In this document: positions 52,901 to 61,970 of the stretch, piece by piece
Numbering within the stretch: the stretch's first letter is position 1
Layout of the letters: each line of letters starts with the position of its first letter
Origin: Podarcis pityusensis
Lineage: Eukaryota
DNA length: 64,000 nucleotides
Reading direction: 5' to 3' (one strand)
Assembly: GCA_964106645.2 (NCBI GenBank)
Contig: OZ067049.1
The notes under the pieces: model-generated
Told to the model about the DNA's origin: nothing
What the model saw: only the letters and a program-made list of their open reading frames with translations
Databases searched by the model: none
Position numbers and translations under genes: made by a program

Positions 52901-53146
52901 GTTACTGTAATAGTGCTGGAGATATTTACATGGAAGGACATTAGCCAAGCAGGATGTTTTAGTTTTATATTCATCTGTCTTTAATCTCCTCTGAACACTG
53001 TGCAGCTCTAAACAAAATAAGCGCACTAAGCATTAGGCAACCACACCATCGCTGCTTAGGTTTCAAGATCCATCCTCATTTACTGTGGAAGAACTGCACA
53101 GAAGAGATAATATTTAAATTTAGAGTTAATTGGTTTCTTCAAGAAG

Positions 53147-53198
<52 letters not shown>

Positions 53199-56100
53199 CA
53201 CATTTCCCCTTAACTATATGCACATGCTACTAGAAGGATAGCACATATTTTCACAAAAGACATTGTAATAGGAACTGCCCACCTACTTTGCAATGGGAAA
53301 CCTCAAACTGGGGCTCCATCTGCACAAGATGGATATATTTTAGTGCTTGAATCAGGGCCTAGGTTTTCTCTCTAGCACAGCATTTCCCAGCTTGACATTC
53401 ATCGCCAGCCTTTGCTCACTCAAAATCCAAGGACTAAGTAAGATCTCCTCTTCCCTGACATTATCATCAGTCACTAGCTGCGGCCCTGTTGGGAGAAGGC
53501 AAGCCTCAATTAATCATGGGCTAGTTACAGCCAGGCTTGAATGCTGAATTCCTCCCTATGTGGGACTGCCAGCTGTTAAGCACACTAGCCAACTGGATTG
53601 CTGTTTGAAGCTGATTTGTCCCAAGCCTACCTCCACGCAACACCTGAGGTCAGCAAGATAGATCAGGGGCTGCAGGGCAGCTTATGTGTTTTTGATCTCC
53701 ACCTCCCATCACACCTGACTGTTGGATGGGCTGGCTGGGGCTGATGGGAGCTGGAGTCAAGAGAAGTTGGGGAAGGGCCACAGGTCAGAGAAGGATGCTC
53801 TGACATCTAGTGTTCTGTGAACCATGTGCCTGGGTCGTTTTTGCTCCTGCCGTTATCTCTCGCTAGCTATGTGAACCTGTCCTGATTTGGTCTTCCAGAA
53901 AAAGCAGAAAAGAAAACAGCAGAAAAGAAGAAAAGAACTTGGTTTAAGCCGAGGATGAAGTCCTTACCATCCCTTGTTTTTTTTAAATTATTATTATTAT
54001 TATTAAAAACTTTTTTTGTCTAGATGAAATTTCTGTAAGTCATATATAAATAGGTGAAATCTTCTTTGAATCTTCGGTCTTGATAGATGCATTTTAGCTT
54101 AAAGCGATAGCAAAGAACAAGCAAAAATAGTTCATTTTGGGGGGAGGTGGTGGGTTAGCAACAGGGGTTGTTTCCAACTCTTTGTATCCTATGAAATCTT
54201 TTCAATGAGGCCAAGATTTCCAATGTCTTTTAAACATTGCCTGTCTGTTTCGTTCCATTTCCTTTCAAGTCTGTTCACATGAATACACGGAGGCATCCGG
54301 TGAGTTAACATCTCCAAACTATCCTGGCCACTATCCCAACCGAATGACATGCATCTATAGGATCCACGTGGGGAACAACAAACAGATTGCTTTGCACTTC
54401 ACCAACTTCTCTTTGGAGGAAGGGGCCAGGTGTTCAAGTGATTACGTAGAACTCAGGCAAGTTTCTGAGATCTTCATAGTAATATCTTACAGGTTCATGA
54501 ATCCACTTCACCTTGTAATGTACCTAAGATGCTCCCTCTTCCAGCCGGTATCCCTGAACACCGTACACTAAATATCCATTGCAACGTAAGGAGCTGTCTT
54601 CTACCTGGTCAGGCTGATTGTCCATCAACCCCAGTACTGTCTACTGTGATTGGCAGTGGGTCTCAGGCATATCACCTTTCCATCACTGCTACCTGATCCT
54701 TTTAACAAGGAGACACCGGGGGGCTGCAGAGTTGTGGTGCTGTGCTGTGCTGCTCACCTCACCTCCCTCCAGCTGCAATGCTGCTGCATAACGGGACAGA
54801 GAGGGCAGTGGCAGTGAGCTTGAATACCATCACTGGGAAGCTGACCCAGGAAAACCCCTGCCCCACATTCCCACCAACTGAAGCTCTTTTGGTGATTGAA
54901 CACACAGCATGGTTTCCTTTTAACCATCATTGTGCGGTTCCTCTTGACTGCAGAGATGGAGGTTACGAGACATCGCCATTGCTTGGGAAATACTGTGGCT
55001 CAACGTTGCCTCCAGTGACAATCTCCCACAGTAACAAACTGTGGATAAAGTTTGAAAGTGATTTTTTGCATACGAGCACTGGATTCTCAGCTTATTGGGA
55101 TGGAACATCAACAGGTAAAATCAGAACGCCAGATAAAGAAAGTGGTGTCTATTACTGTCAGACAGGGAGGAAGATATTTGTTTCTCTATCTTGTTGGCAA
55201 ATCCTTCCTGAATAAAGCTCTTTGGCCTTTCTTACTGGGATCTGTGGGTGAGACTATAATCAGGTCCATTTGCCTGCTGAGGACAGCAAACAGGGCCTCT
55301 TCAGTGGTGACGCCACAATGGTGGAACTCCCTCCCAAAAGAGGCCCACCAGGGTTCAGTTATGCCTCTGCTAAAGATGCTGGGGGAAATGTAGGCAGGCA
55401 GAAATAGTTTTGGGTTTTAATATTTAGAATGTTGCATGCTATAATTTCTTACATTAATGGTGTGACCTTTCCATAAGCCATCTGGGCTTTTGCTAAAGAA
55501 AAAACAGAGTACTGTATACATGTTATAAATGTGTAAATCTGTCAATTGCTATCAATTGCAGTATTGAATGCTGTTATATTGACATTCTTAATTTGGTTTT
55601 ATAGATATTCATAGATTGATTTTATTGCATCCTAAGCCCCCTTGATGCATCTTATGGAAATACTGTCAAATAAGTAAATAACTAGTTGCAAGAAGGGGCC
55701 ATGAAACTGCTGGTCCATTAGGTTGAAAGGAACACTGCCTCACCAAATTAGGCTCCTTTATGAGAAAGGGCGTGACGCGGGTGGCGCTGTGGGTGCCTAG
55801 GACTTGCTGATGGTATGGTCAGCAGTTCGAATCCCCGCGGCGGGGTGAGCTCCCGTCGTTCAGTCCCAGCTCCTGCCCACCTAGCAGTTCGAAAGCACCC
55901 TTAAGTGCAAGTAGATAAATAGGTACCGCTTTATAGTGGGAAGGTAAACGGTGTTTCTGTGTGCTGCGCTGGTGCTGGCTCGCCAGCTGCAGCTTCGTCA
56001 CGCTGGCCACGTGACCCGGAAGTGTCTTCGGACGGCGCTGGCTCACGGCCTCTAGAGCGAGATGAGCACGCAACCCTAGAGTCGGACACGACTGGCCCGT

Positions 56101-59100
56101 ACGGGCAGGGGTACCTTTACCTTTACCTATGAGAAAGGGCAGGGTATAAATTCACTAAATAATTCTATGATTCTACAATTCTACAATCCCTTGGGAAAAT
56201 TTATGGTCTCTTCTTAATGGAAGTGAAATTACTGATGGGGGTACCGTTACTAGGGGCAGGACTACAGCCCAGCTTTCCTTCCTCAGTGATGATACTTTGG
56301 TCTCTTGCCACTTAACCTTCAGTCACATTCTTGGTATCATCCAGAGCCACTGATTTTCAAACTACCAGTTCCCTGAGTAGAAAATGTTGCATGGCATATA
56401 CCACTTTCCTCCAATGTGGATGCGAAATGTTAAGGATTTCTCCCTTACTGGACATGCACTTTGGACCTTAACAGAGGTTGGTCAACGTGGCTGAGCTGTA
56501 TTTTCTTTGTACTTGTTTTCAGGTTGTGGTGGAACCCTTGCAACTTCTTCTGGAATCTTTACATCCCCCAACTATCCATTGCCTTACTACCACAATTCAG
56601 AATGCTACTGGCTCCTCAAGTCAAGTCATGGAAGCCCTTTTGAACTCCAGTTTGATCAGTTTCACCTAGAGTCTCATTCAAGTTGTCAATATGACTATGT
56701 TGCTGTATGTACGATGGCTTATTTCCCCCCAATAAGGTTGATTATCCCCAAGGATGGTCAGTAAGAATCATGGCACTATGTGGCTTGCTCTGGAGCAGCT
56801 TTCCTCAGCTTTCAGCCCTCCAAATTTGTTGGACTACATCTCCCATCACCAGTAGCCATTGGCCATGCTGGCTGGGGCTGATGGGAGTACTAGGGACTGT
56901 TCTAGAGATATTAAAAATGTAAAAAGAGACCTTCAACACCAATGGAACAATTCTCCACTTATAACCAGTTTACACAATGCCTTTTTTCTTTACAAAAATA
57001 TTCCAAGCCACCCAGTGCCTGGAGGAAGGTTCCACCATGGTGGCAGGAACTGTTGCCCATAGCTATGTATGGATGTCATTTCCACCCCTCATTTTCCCAT
57101 TACTTAGTCACAGGGGACACAGCCCTGGAGTTCCCTAATCGAGAACTTTTAATTCTTGGCCATATTGGGCACTTTTACTCTATATGCAGCCAGTCACTAT
57201 GGTTGGTCTCAACTGTTCTAGGAAAGAAGAGTGCAAAGAAGTAAAGTAGAGAAGAAAAGAAAAGAAAAAAGAAAAGAAAAGAAAAGAAAAGAAAAGAGAG
57301 TCCTTCTGGTTGCTGTCCGAGTTGTAGTTGCTCCTTTTAGCCCCAGGAATGAGACTATAAATGTGGCTAAAGCAAGAATGGGGAGCCCATGGCCCTTCAG
57401 ATGTTGTCCAAGTCCCATCATCCCCAACCATTCATTATACCAGTGGGGCTGATGGGAGTTGGACCAACAGCATCTGGAGGTCCTCAGCCTTGGCTTTCCC
57501 CTTAGCTGCTGATTCCAGTGTTGGGACCACTATCATGAAGTGGGGGAACAGGGAAATAGCTTCCCTCTCTAATAATAATAATAATAATAATAATAATAAG
57601 AATAATAAGAATAATAAGAATAATAAGAATAATAAGAATAATAAGAATAAGAATAAGAATAAATTAATTATTATTTATACCTCGCCCATCTGGCTGAGTT
57701 TCCCCAGCCACTCTGGGCGGCTTCCAATCAAGTGTTAAAAACAATACAGCATTAAATATTAAAAACTTCCCTAAACAGGTTTATGGGTTTGGGAGCAAAC
57801 TGCTACTGTTATAACTCCCCGCCCCCCATGACCAATCTTTTCCCTTCTACACTGTCCCTTCCCTAGAGCTAGGATCAAGTTTGGAAGTCAGTAGTCAGTG
57901 ATTTTCTCCATGCGATGGCGAAGGATGGGCAGGGACTTCAGTCGATGTTCCTTCATAAAGTGTGCCATCATTTTAAGAAATTCTAGAATGCAATCTGCCA
58001 CTTAAATTTCGCTTCCACAGAGAGCTGTCTTCTATAAAGATGAACATTTTTCAGCCTGAGCGGGACTGTGTCTTGCACATCAGGCTGTTAGCAAAATGCT
58101 TTAATGAATTATAAGAACAAAGGCAGCAAGTTCCCTAACAAGAACGCCATTGTCTGTCCATATTCAAATTGTTATATAAATGACCTGAATATTTTTCTTA
58201 ATAATCAGAGCATTAGAATACTTTTTTACCCCCTGGTGAATGCCCCCCCCTAAAAAAAACACACAATCAGCATCCAAATGCAGGACATTCCAGCCACTTC
58301 TGTTATTCCTGAAAGCGCATACAGTATGAGTCTAGCAATTATTTGAACAGTCAGCATTATCCTAATAGTGCTTATGAGCAGGGTCATGCCGAAGTTTTAT
58401 GAGGTTTGATTCTGATGAAAATTGCCATGTCACGGTGGTAGAACCAAAAGTCCCTTCCATTCTTTCATACACCTTTCCAATACCTGTGTGTAGCCACTGG
58501 CCTGGTTTGCATGACTTCTTAAGTCAAACTCTGGACTCCCAGAGAAGAGCCTGCAACCACTTTGCTTCCAACCACGGGAACACTTGGTTAAAGTGTCTCC
58601 TCGCTGCAACCAGGAAGAAACTATGGCTGCGTTTCATGTTGAGCGAGGAGAGAGCTTAACTTTGAGACCAGGTTCAGAGCACACACTAAGCCGAACCTCC
58701 TCTCCACATGGCCACAGCTGTCAACGTTTCCCTTTTTTAAAGGGAAATTCCCTTATTCCGAATAGGATTCCTCGCAAGAAAAGGAAAAGTTGACAGCTAT
58801 GCACCTGGCATGGGATGTAAAAAAACCAGCAAAGTGGCTGACAGGTGAATGTCTGCAGGGTTCCAGTAAGCCATGATTTCACTTACTGTAGCATGACATG
58901 CAAATACAGCCATGGTTTCTCTGCAGCTACTTTTGCACCCGTTTTCTTGTTTTTACTTTTCATCATGGTGTTATCCTGGCTATTCGGATATCGCATCAGG
59001 AAAAGTAGCACATACATACAGCAAAATAAATAAATTACAGCACCAGGATGAAATAATTGCCAAAACAGATTCAGGTAGGTAGCCGTGTTGGCCTGACGCA

Positions 59101-60995
59101 GTTGAAGTAAATTAAAAAATTTAAAAAATTGTCCAGTAGCACCTTAGAGACCAACTAAGTTTGTTCTGGGTATAAGCTTTTGTGTGCATGGATAATTTTC
59201 AATTTTTAAAATTTATTTATGCCAAAACAGAAACATCCCACAGCAGACATCTCATGGTATTGTGAATCAAATACGTGTCTGTCTAGCCGTGTGTAAGTTC
59301 AATTAGCTGTACCCCATGGATTGTACAATAGGATTGCAGTATGTTCAACATGTGCTCACTTGCATACATTCTTGAGGAAATAGGAGATTAATTCCCACTG
59401 CACTGCACATCTACCCCCTGCTAAAAATTATCTATGATCAATTTAGCAGTCAGCTAATACTGTTTTTACTTCTATGTTTCTATTGCCCTATAACTATATA
59501 GGTCTATGATGGCAACAGTACCAATGCTAAGATGCTGGGCAAATTTTGTGATGACCAGATACCACCCACCCTCCACTCTACTGGGGACAGTTTGTATGTA
59601 AAACTAAGGACAGATGCCACTTTGGGAGGCGGAGGTTTCTTTGCTCATTATAAGCAGAGTAAGTACTAACAATTTGATTTGCGTGGACAGGTGGAGTCCC
59701 CAGATCCCGCGCGGTCCCCCCATCATGTGGAATAATGACTCATGACAACGTGCTATGGGATTAAATTGGCCACAACTTTATTAAATTTCAAATGTGGGTA
59801 GACCTTGGCTCAGGCATTGGGCGTTCTCCCTCCCCAGTCCCCAGCCGGGGACCTATGGAGCATCAGGGTTATCCAGTGTGTGTGGGGGGGGATGGGCCGG
59901 CTCTGGAGAACATATGTTCAAGCAGAGATAGCCGCCCCCGTTACGCCGCCACCGCAGGGGAGAGCAATGGCGACCTTTCGGCGTACGGGCAAAGCCTCCC
60001 TTCAGAAACCCCTTTAATGGGGAACCCTGGTATCGCCGCCGCAAAGAGGAAGATGGACTAAAGGATTCCGCCCAAGGCCTGATACCGCCAAAGTTGTGAC
60101 GTTTTGCTACGGGAAAGGCGAAACCTGCCAATGCAGGGAAATTCCTTTCCGGCCCTTTAACAGCGACCTTAACGTAGCAGCGCCTGCATACCTGCGAAGA
60201 AAAGTTAACCTGCAAAACCTGTGACAAAAAGTTAACCTGCAAATAAGACATTAACTGAGGGTGGGTAGGGTGGGAGAAGCTCTGGAGCCAAGTGAGGATT
60301 CCCAGGTAAGATCCTCCCTCTATTGTGTGGGCAGGTAATCCCTCCCCTACCTGGCCTGGTCTCCTTGGCAACGCTTCCCCCAGGTGGGATTGGACAACTG
60401 ACTGAGGTAGGAGGAGACCTCCAGGTATCCCACCTGAGGGAAGGCAAACCAAGCCTATGCTGTTGGAGCCGCTCCAGATCTAGGGGCTGCGCGCGTCCAC
60501 GCAAAGGGCGCCCCCCGTTTTAAGCGGGGAGCGGTCATTCCGTAACATGAATGTGGCAACCAGTTCCGGCTATCTCTGTGCGCATACCTTTGCTGATCCA
60601 AGTTATAAAGTTCCTTCCTCATTTCCATTTATTCAAGTATGTAATGACAAGACCAAGAAACATGACCATGAAGCTGAACTTCAGACCAAATTTAAAACCC
60701 TAGTGGCTTGGCCTGCAGGTCAGAGGTTCCCCACCCTTTCTATATAAGATAAACTGTATCCCATTTTGTTCCTTCTCTATTTTTTTCCTTTCCCCCATCC
60801 CATCTTTTCCTTCCTCCCCCCCCCCCATAAAAATCATGAATAAAAAAGAAATCAGCATGTTGGTAGTACTGCTGCTGTGATCCAGCTCGTTATAAAGATT
60901 TGCTTAAACCAGAAATTTGTCCTATGAGACAATGATGATAAACTGTATATAATATATTGTCTGGGATGGACATAGCAGATGTTTTAAGATAGTTT

Positions 60996-61052
<57 letters not shown>

Positions 61053-61702
61053 AAATACATGTTTATAAAGCCACTGAGATTTTTGGAAAGAGTGTTGGAG
61101 GATATTACATAAGAGTTGATGAATAGGTGGGATTCTCCTCTACAAAATATCTGTGACTCTCATTATTAGTTATAGACATTACAGTTGTACCTTGGTTGTC
61201 GAATATCTTGGTACTCATATGTTTTGTCTCCTGGACGATCTAAACCCGGAAGTGAGTGTTCCAGTTTTTGAACTTCTTCTGGAAGCCAAATGTCTAACGG
61301 GGCTTCTGCGGCTTCCAATTGGCTGCAGGAGCTTCCTGCAGTCAACCAGAAGCTGCGCTTTGGTTTCTGAACCTTTTGGAAGTCGAACGGACTTCCGGAA
61401 CGAATTCTGTTCAACTTCCAAGGTATGGCTGTATTAGTGTAGGTTGATGCTTTGAAAATGTAGAACAGAAAACTTTAGAAAGTATAACCTTTTTTTCCAA
61501 ATGTTTTTCACAAGTTTGCCAGGGTGTGGTCATTGCCAACCGTGGCCAAGGCATCTTGGAGAGTTTGAACTACCCTAATAAGTATCCTCCGGATTCACTT
61601 TGCACCTGGACCATCCAAACTACAACTGGCAATACACTCAACTACAGCTTCTCAGACTTTAGCACAGAAGGAGGAGAAAACTGTGGGCGTGACCATTTAA
61701 AG
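13834..61702 (+). CDS. CUBN: Cubilin (intrinsic factor-cobalamin receptor), coding exons 1-27; 3' part lies beyond the window
   Basis: 27 exons with AG acceptors and GT donors (one GC) join into one open frame of 4029 nt. Order is signal peptide, RAKR, coiled coil, 8 EGF, then CUB repeats. Most exon lengths and all phases match human CUBN as recalled. Confidence 0.97.
14081..14210 (+). CDS. CUBN: CUBN exon 2
   Basis: [43 protein letters not shown]; 130 nt, CAG/GT. Confidence 0.95.
15450..15573 (+). repeat. ~125-bp dispersed direct duplication of 10892-10904 plus 11399-11515
   Basis: Near-identical TGCACTTAATAGCTGCTGGAGATGATTGTGGCTGA...ATCTAAATGAACTTTAT. Confidence 0.9.
15913..16430 (+). mobile_element. 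Interspersed repeat, probably RTE 5'UTR-derived
   Basis: GC-rich block containing CTAGGAGAAGGAAAACTCTG-type motif recalled from RTE 5' regions; boundaries approximate. Confidence 0.4.
16510..16602 (+). CDS. CUBN: CUBN exon 3 (coiled coil)
   Basis: [31 protein letters not shown]; TAG/GTAAGT. Confidence 0.92.
18086..18449 (+). mobile_element. Sauria SINE
   Basis: tRNA-like head with GGTTCGAATCC B-box; (ACCTTT)n tail; 15-bp TSD TACTCTAAGACTTAT. Confidence 0.93.
18930..19242. mobile_element. GC-rich non-autonomous hAT element with internal tandem repeats
   Basis: TIR CAGTGGCAGAG / CTCTGCTAGTG; 8-bp TSD CCTGCACC; repeated GGGGTGTGG.ACGC units. Confidence 0.8.
20328..20734 (+). mobile_element. 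5'-truncated L1-clade LINE 3' end
   Basis: 18-bp TSD AGAAACACAAAACATCAA; begins with [10 protein letters not shown], resembling the end of an L1 ORF2; A-rich tail. Confidence 0.7.
21333..21371 (+). CDS. CUBN: CUBN exon 4 (coiled coil)
   Basis: [13 protein letters not shown]; 39 nt, TAG/GTGAGT. Confidence 0.88.
22012..22113 (+). CDS. CUBN: CUBN exon 5 (EGF1)
   Basis: [34 protein letters not shown]. Confidence 0.95.
23031..23134 (+). CDS. CUBN: CUBN exon 6 (EGF)
   Basis: [34 protein letters not shown](S). Confidence 0.95.
23773..23820. repeat. (GT)14(GC)10 compound microsatellite
   Basis: 48-bp alternating purine-pyrimidine run. Confidence 0.95.
24617..24948 (-). mobile_element. L2 LINE 3' fragment
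   Basis: Minus strand encodes ...[19 protein letters not shown]; microsatellite tail. Confidence 0.85.
27089..27215 (+). CDS. CUBN: CUBN exon 7 (EGF)
   Basis: [42 protein letters not shown]; AAG acceptor. Confidence 0.95.
27878..28119. mobile_element. Tc1/mariner MITE
   Basis: Same family as 13134-13372; TA TSD. Confidence 0.85.
28851..29019 (+). CDS. CUBN: CUBN exon 8 (EGF)
   Basis: [56 protein letters not shown](G). Confidence 0.95.
29119..29250 (+). CDS. CUBN: CUBN exon 9 (EGF)
   Basis: [43 protein letters not shown](G). Confidence 0.95.
30817..30912 (+). CDS. CUBN: CUBN exon 10 (EGF)
   Basis: [31 protein letters not shown](G). Confidence 0.95.
31089..31460 (-). mobile_element. L2 LINE 3' fragment with (AAT)n tail
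   Basis: Highly similar to 24617-24948 and 34673-35135. Confidence 0.85.
32826..32876. repeat. (CTT)n microsatellite forming the exon 11 polypyrimidine tract
   Basis: Directly precedes TTTTGCAG acceptor at 32883. Confidence 0.95.
32884..33005 (+). CDS. CUBN: CUBN exon 11 (EGF)
   Basis: [40 protein letters not shown]. Confidence 0.93.
33947..34133 (+). CDS. CUBN: CUBN exon 12 (EGF7-8)
   Basis: [62 protein letters not shown]. Confidence 0.95.
34673..35135 (-). mobile_element. L2 LINE 3' fragment
   Basis: ORF 34665-35099 [17 protein letters not shown]...RAFSVVAP...[11 protein letters not shown]. Confidence 0.88.
35453..35565 (+). CDS. CUBN: CUBN exon 13 (CUB1 N-half)
   Basis: [37 protein letters not shown]; not in ORF track. 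Confidence 0.93.
36355..36589 (+). CDS. CUBN: CUBN exon 14 (CUB1 C-half)
   Basis: [78 protein letters not shown]; not in ORF track. Confidence 0.95.
38202..38383 (+). CDS. CUBN: CUBN exon 15 (CUB2 N-half)
   Basis: [60 protein letters not shown]. Confidence 0.96.
38695..38916. mobile_element. Tc1/mariner MITE, second family
   Basis: TIR CAGT(T/C)GTACCTTGG; TA TSD; second copy at 61182-61431. Confidence 0.82.
39158..39320 (+). CDS. CUBN: CUBN exon 16 (CUB2 C-half)
   Basis: [54 protein letters not shown]. Confidence 0.95.
39416..39606 (+). CDS. CUBN: CUBN exon 17 (CUB3 N-half)
   Basis: [63 protein letters not shown]. Confidence 0.95.
40836..40968. mobile_element. hAT-type hairpin MITE
   Basis: TIR CAGGTGTG.GGAA; internal ACTACAACTCCCAT / ATGGGAGTTGTAGT palindrome. 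Confidence 0.7.
41169..42694 (-). mobile_element. 5'-truncated L1-clade LINE (degenerate ORF2 C-terminus plus 3'UTR)
   Basis: Broken ORFs 42493-42702, 42163-42426 and 41684-42139 with CWKC...HMWW cysteine-rich motif; 12-bp TSD CCAAGCACTTTT. Confidence 0.85.
45011..45444. mobile_element. Non-autonomous hAT element
   Basis: TIR CAG(G/T)GC(T/C)GGATTTA; 8-bp TSD (A/G)TGCAGGC. Confidence 0.8.
45767..45926 (+). CDS. CUBN: CUBN exon 18 (CUB3 C-half)
   Basis: [53 protein letters not shown]. Confidence 0.95.
46201..46532 (+). mobile_element. tRNA-derived SINE (Squam2-like) interrupted by a MITE
   Basis: GTAGCTCAGTGGTAGAGCA A-box head; related fragments near 22290-22415 and 48655-48770. Confidence 0.65.
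46256..46393. mobile_element. hAT MITE, near-perfect 138-bp hairpin
   Basis: TIR CAG(C/T)GGTTCTCAACCTGTGGGTCCCCAGATGTTG; 8-bp TSD GCC(T/A)AGGT. Confidence 0.88.
46809..47451. mobile_element. AT-rich non-autonomous hAT element
   Basis: TIR CAGGGTGGAT; perfect 8-bp TSD GTTTGAAA; ends 60 nt before exon 19. Confidence 0.85.
47512..47690 (+). CDS. CUBN: CUBN exon 19 (CUB4 N-half)
   Basis: [59 protein letters not shown]. Confidence 0.95.
48300..48646 (+). mobile_element. Sauria SINE
   Basis: Same head and (ACCTTT)n tail as 18086-18449; TSD TACAGTAG. Confidence 0.9.
48767..49520 (-). mobile_element. L2 LINE 3' fragment with nested MITE
   Basis: ORFs 49186-49575 ([12 protein letters not shown]...[12 protein letters not shown]) and 48790-49071. 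Confidence 0.88.
49059..49194. mobile_element. hAT MITE nested in L2
   Basis: TIR CAGGCAT.GGCAAACTTGGCCCTCCA; 8-bp TSD GTTTAGGG; same family as 348-468. Confidence 0.88.
49590..49752 (+). CDS. CUBN: CUBN exon 20 (CUB4 C-half)
   Basis: [54 protein letters not shown]. Confidence 0.95.
50050..50266 (+). CDS. CUBN: CUBN exon 21 (CUB5 N-part)
   Basis: [71 protein letters not shown](R); not in ORF track. Confidence 0.95.
51062..51192 (+). CDS. CUBN: CUBN exon 22 (CUB5 C-part)
   Basis: [43 protein letters not shown]. Confidence 0.94.
51464..51816 (-). mobile_element. Sauria SINE
   Basis: Reverse complement of the other copies; 14-bp TSD CTGGCTGTAACTAG. Confidence 0.92.
53150..53195. repeat. (GA)n microsatellite
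   Basis: Perfect dinucleotide run. Confidence 0.95.
54270..54456 (+). CDS. CUBN: CUBN exon 23 (CUB6 N-half), GC donor
   Basis: [61 protein letters not shown](R); donor AG|GCAAGT. Confidence 0.92.
54954..55114 (+). CDS. CUBN: CUBN exon 24 (CUB6 C-half)
   Basis: [53 protein letters not shown](G). Confidence 0.96.
55772..56127 (+). mobile_element. Sauria SINE (different subfamily)
   Basis: 13-bp TSD TATGAGAAAGGGC; (ACCTTT)n tail. Confidence 0.9.
56523..56704 (+). CDS. CUBN: CUBN exon 25 (CUB7 N-half)
   Basis: [60 protein letters not shown]. Confidence 0.96.
57571..57778 (-). mobile_element. L2 3' terminus with expanded (AAT)n/(AATAATAAG)n tail
   Basis: CCCATCTGGCTG.GTTTCCCCAGCCACTCTGGGC core shared with the other L2 copies. 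Confidence 0.8.
59502..59658 (+). CDS. CUBN: CUBN exon 26 (CUB7 C-half)
   Basis: [52 protein letters not shown]; not in ORF track. Confidence 0.94.
59680..60547 (-). mobile_element. Solo LTR (Gypsy-like), antisense to CUBN
   Basis: Minus strand starts TGTTACGG and ends CCACGCA; flanks TGATT/TGAAT (4/5 TSD); AATAAA on the minus strand at 59777-59782; CpG-rich. Confidence 0.65.
60997..61052. repeat. (CTTT)n microsatellite
   Basis: Perfect tetranucleotide run. Confidence 0.95.
61182..61431. mobile_element. Tc1/mariner MITE, second family
   Basis: TIR CAG..(G/A)TACCTTGG; TA TSD. Confidence 0.8.
61515..61702 (+). CDS. CUBN: CUBN exon 27 (CUB8 N-half)
   Basis: [62 protein letters not shown]; AAG acceptor. 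Confidence 0.94.
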
Positions 61703-61970
61703 GTATGAAGAAAATATTTCCTGTTTTGCATATGGTGTTGAAAGAGGATCTACCAAAAAGGGAACAAGGGCAAATTGAGAAGGAACTCTATTTGTTTGAG
61801 TTATCAAAGGGGAAGATATTTGAGCTTGAAAGAAGCCTACTAAACTAAATGCTGATTCACACTCTGATTGAAATGCATGACTTTATAACATGGAGAATTT
61901 GTAGAACTGCACACCCTTCCAGAAATGCCCTTTGCCTCATTTTTATTTTGTATTGAATTTTTAAAGCATA

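Larger units (their letters stand above)
51296..53688. repeat. ~310-bp inverted repeat (arms 51296-51972, interrupted by a SINE, and 53380-53688)
   Basis: 53380-53688 is the near-identical reverse complement of 51296-51463 plus 51831-51972. Confidence 0.92.

Noticed and set aside
57888-57982. Minus-strand reading [31 protein letters not shown], faintly like a calmodulin EF-hand exit helix (possible nested gene)
   Set aside because: Only about 30 codons, weak acceptor, no EF-hand loop or partner exons found; within chance expectation.
59792-60523. ORFs up to 199 aa within the LTR-like insert
   Set aside because: No recognisable gag, pol or recombinase motifs; GC-rich non-coding sequence.
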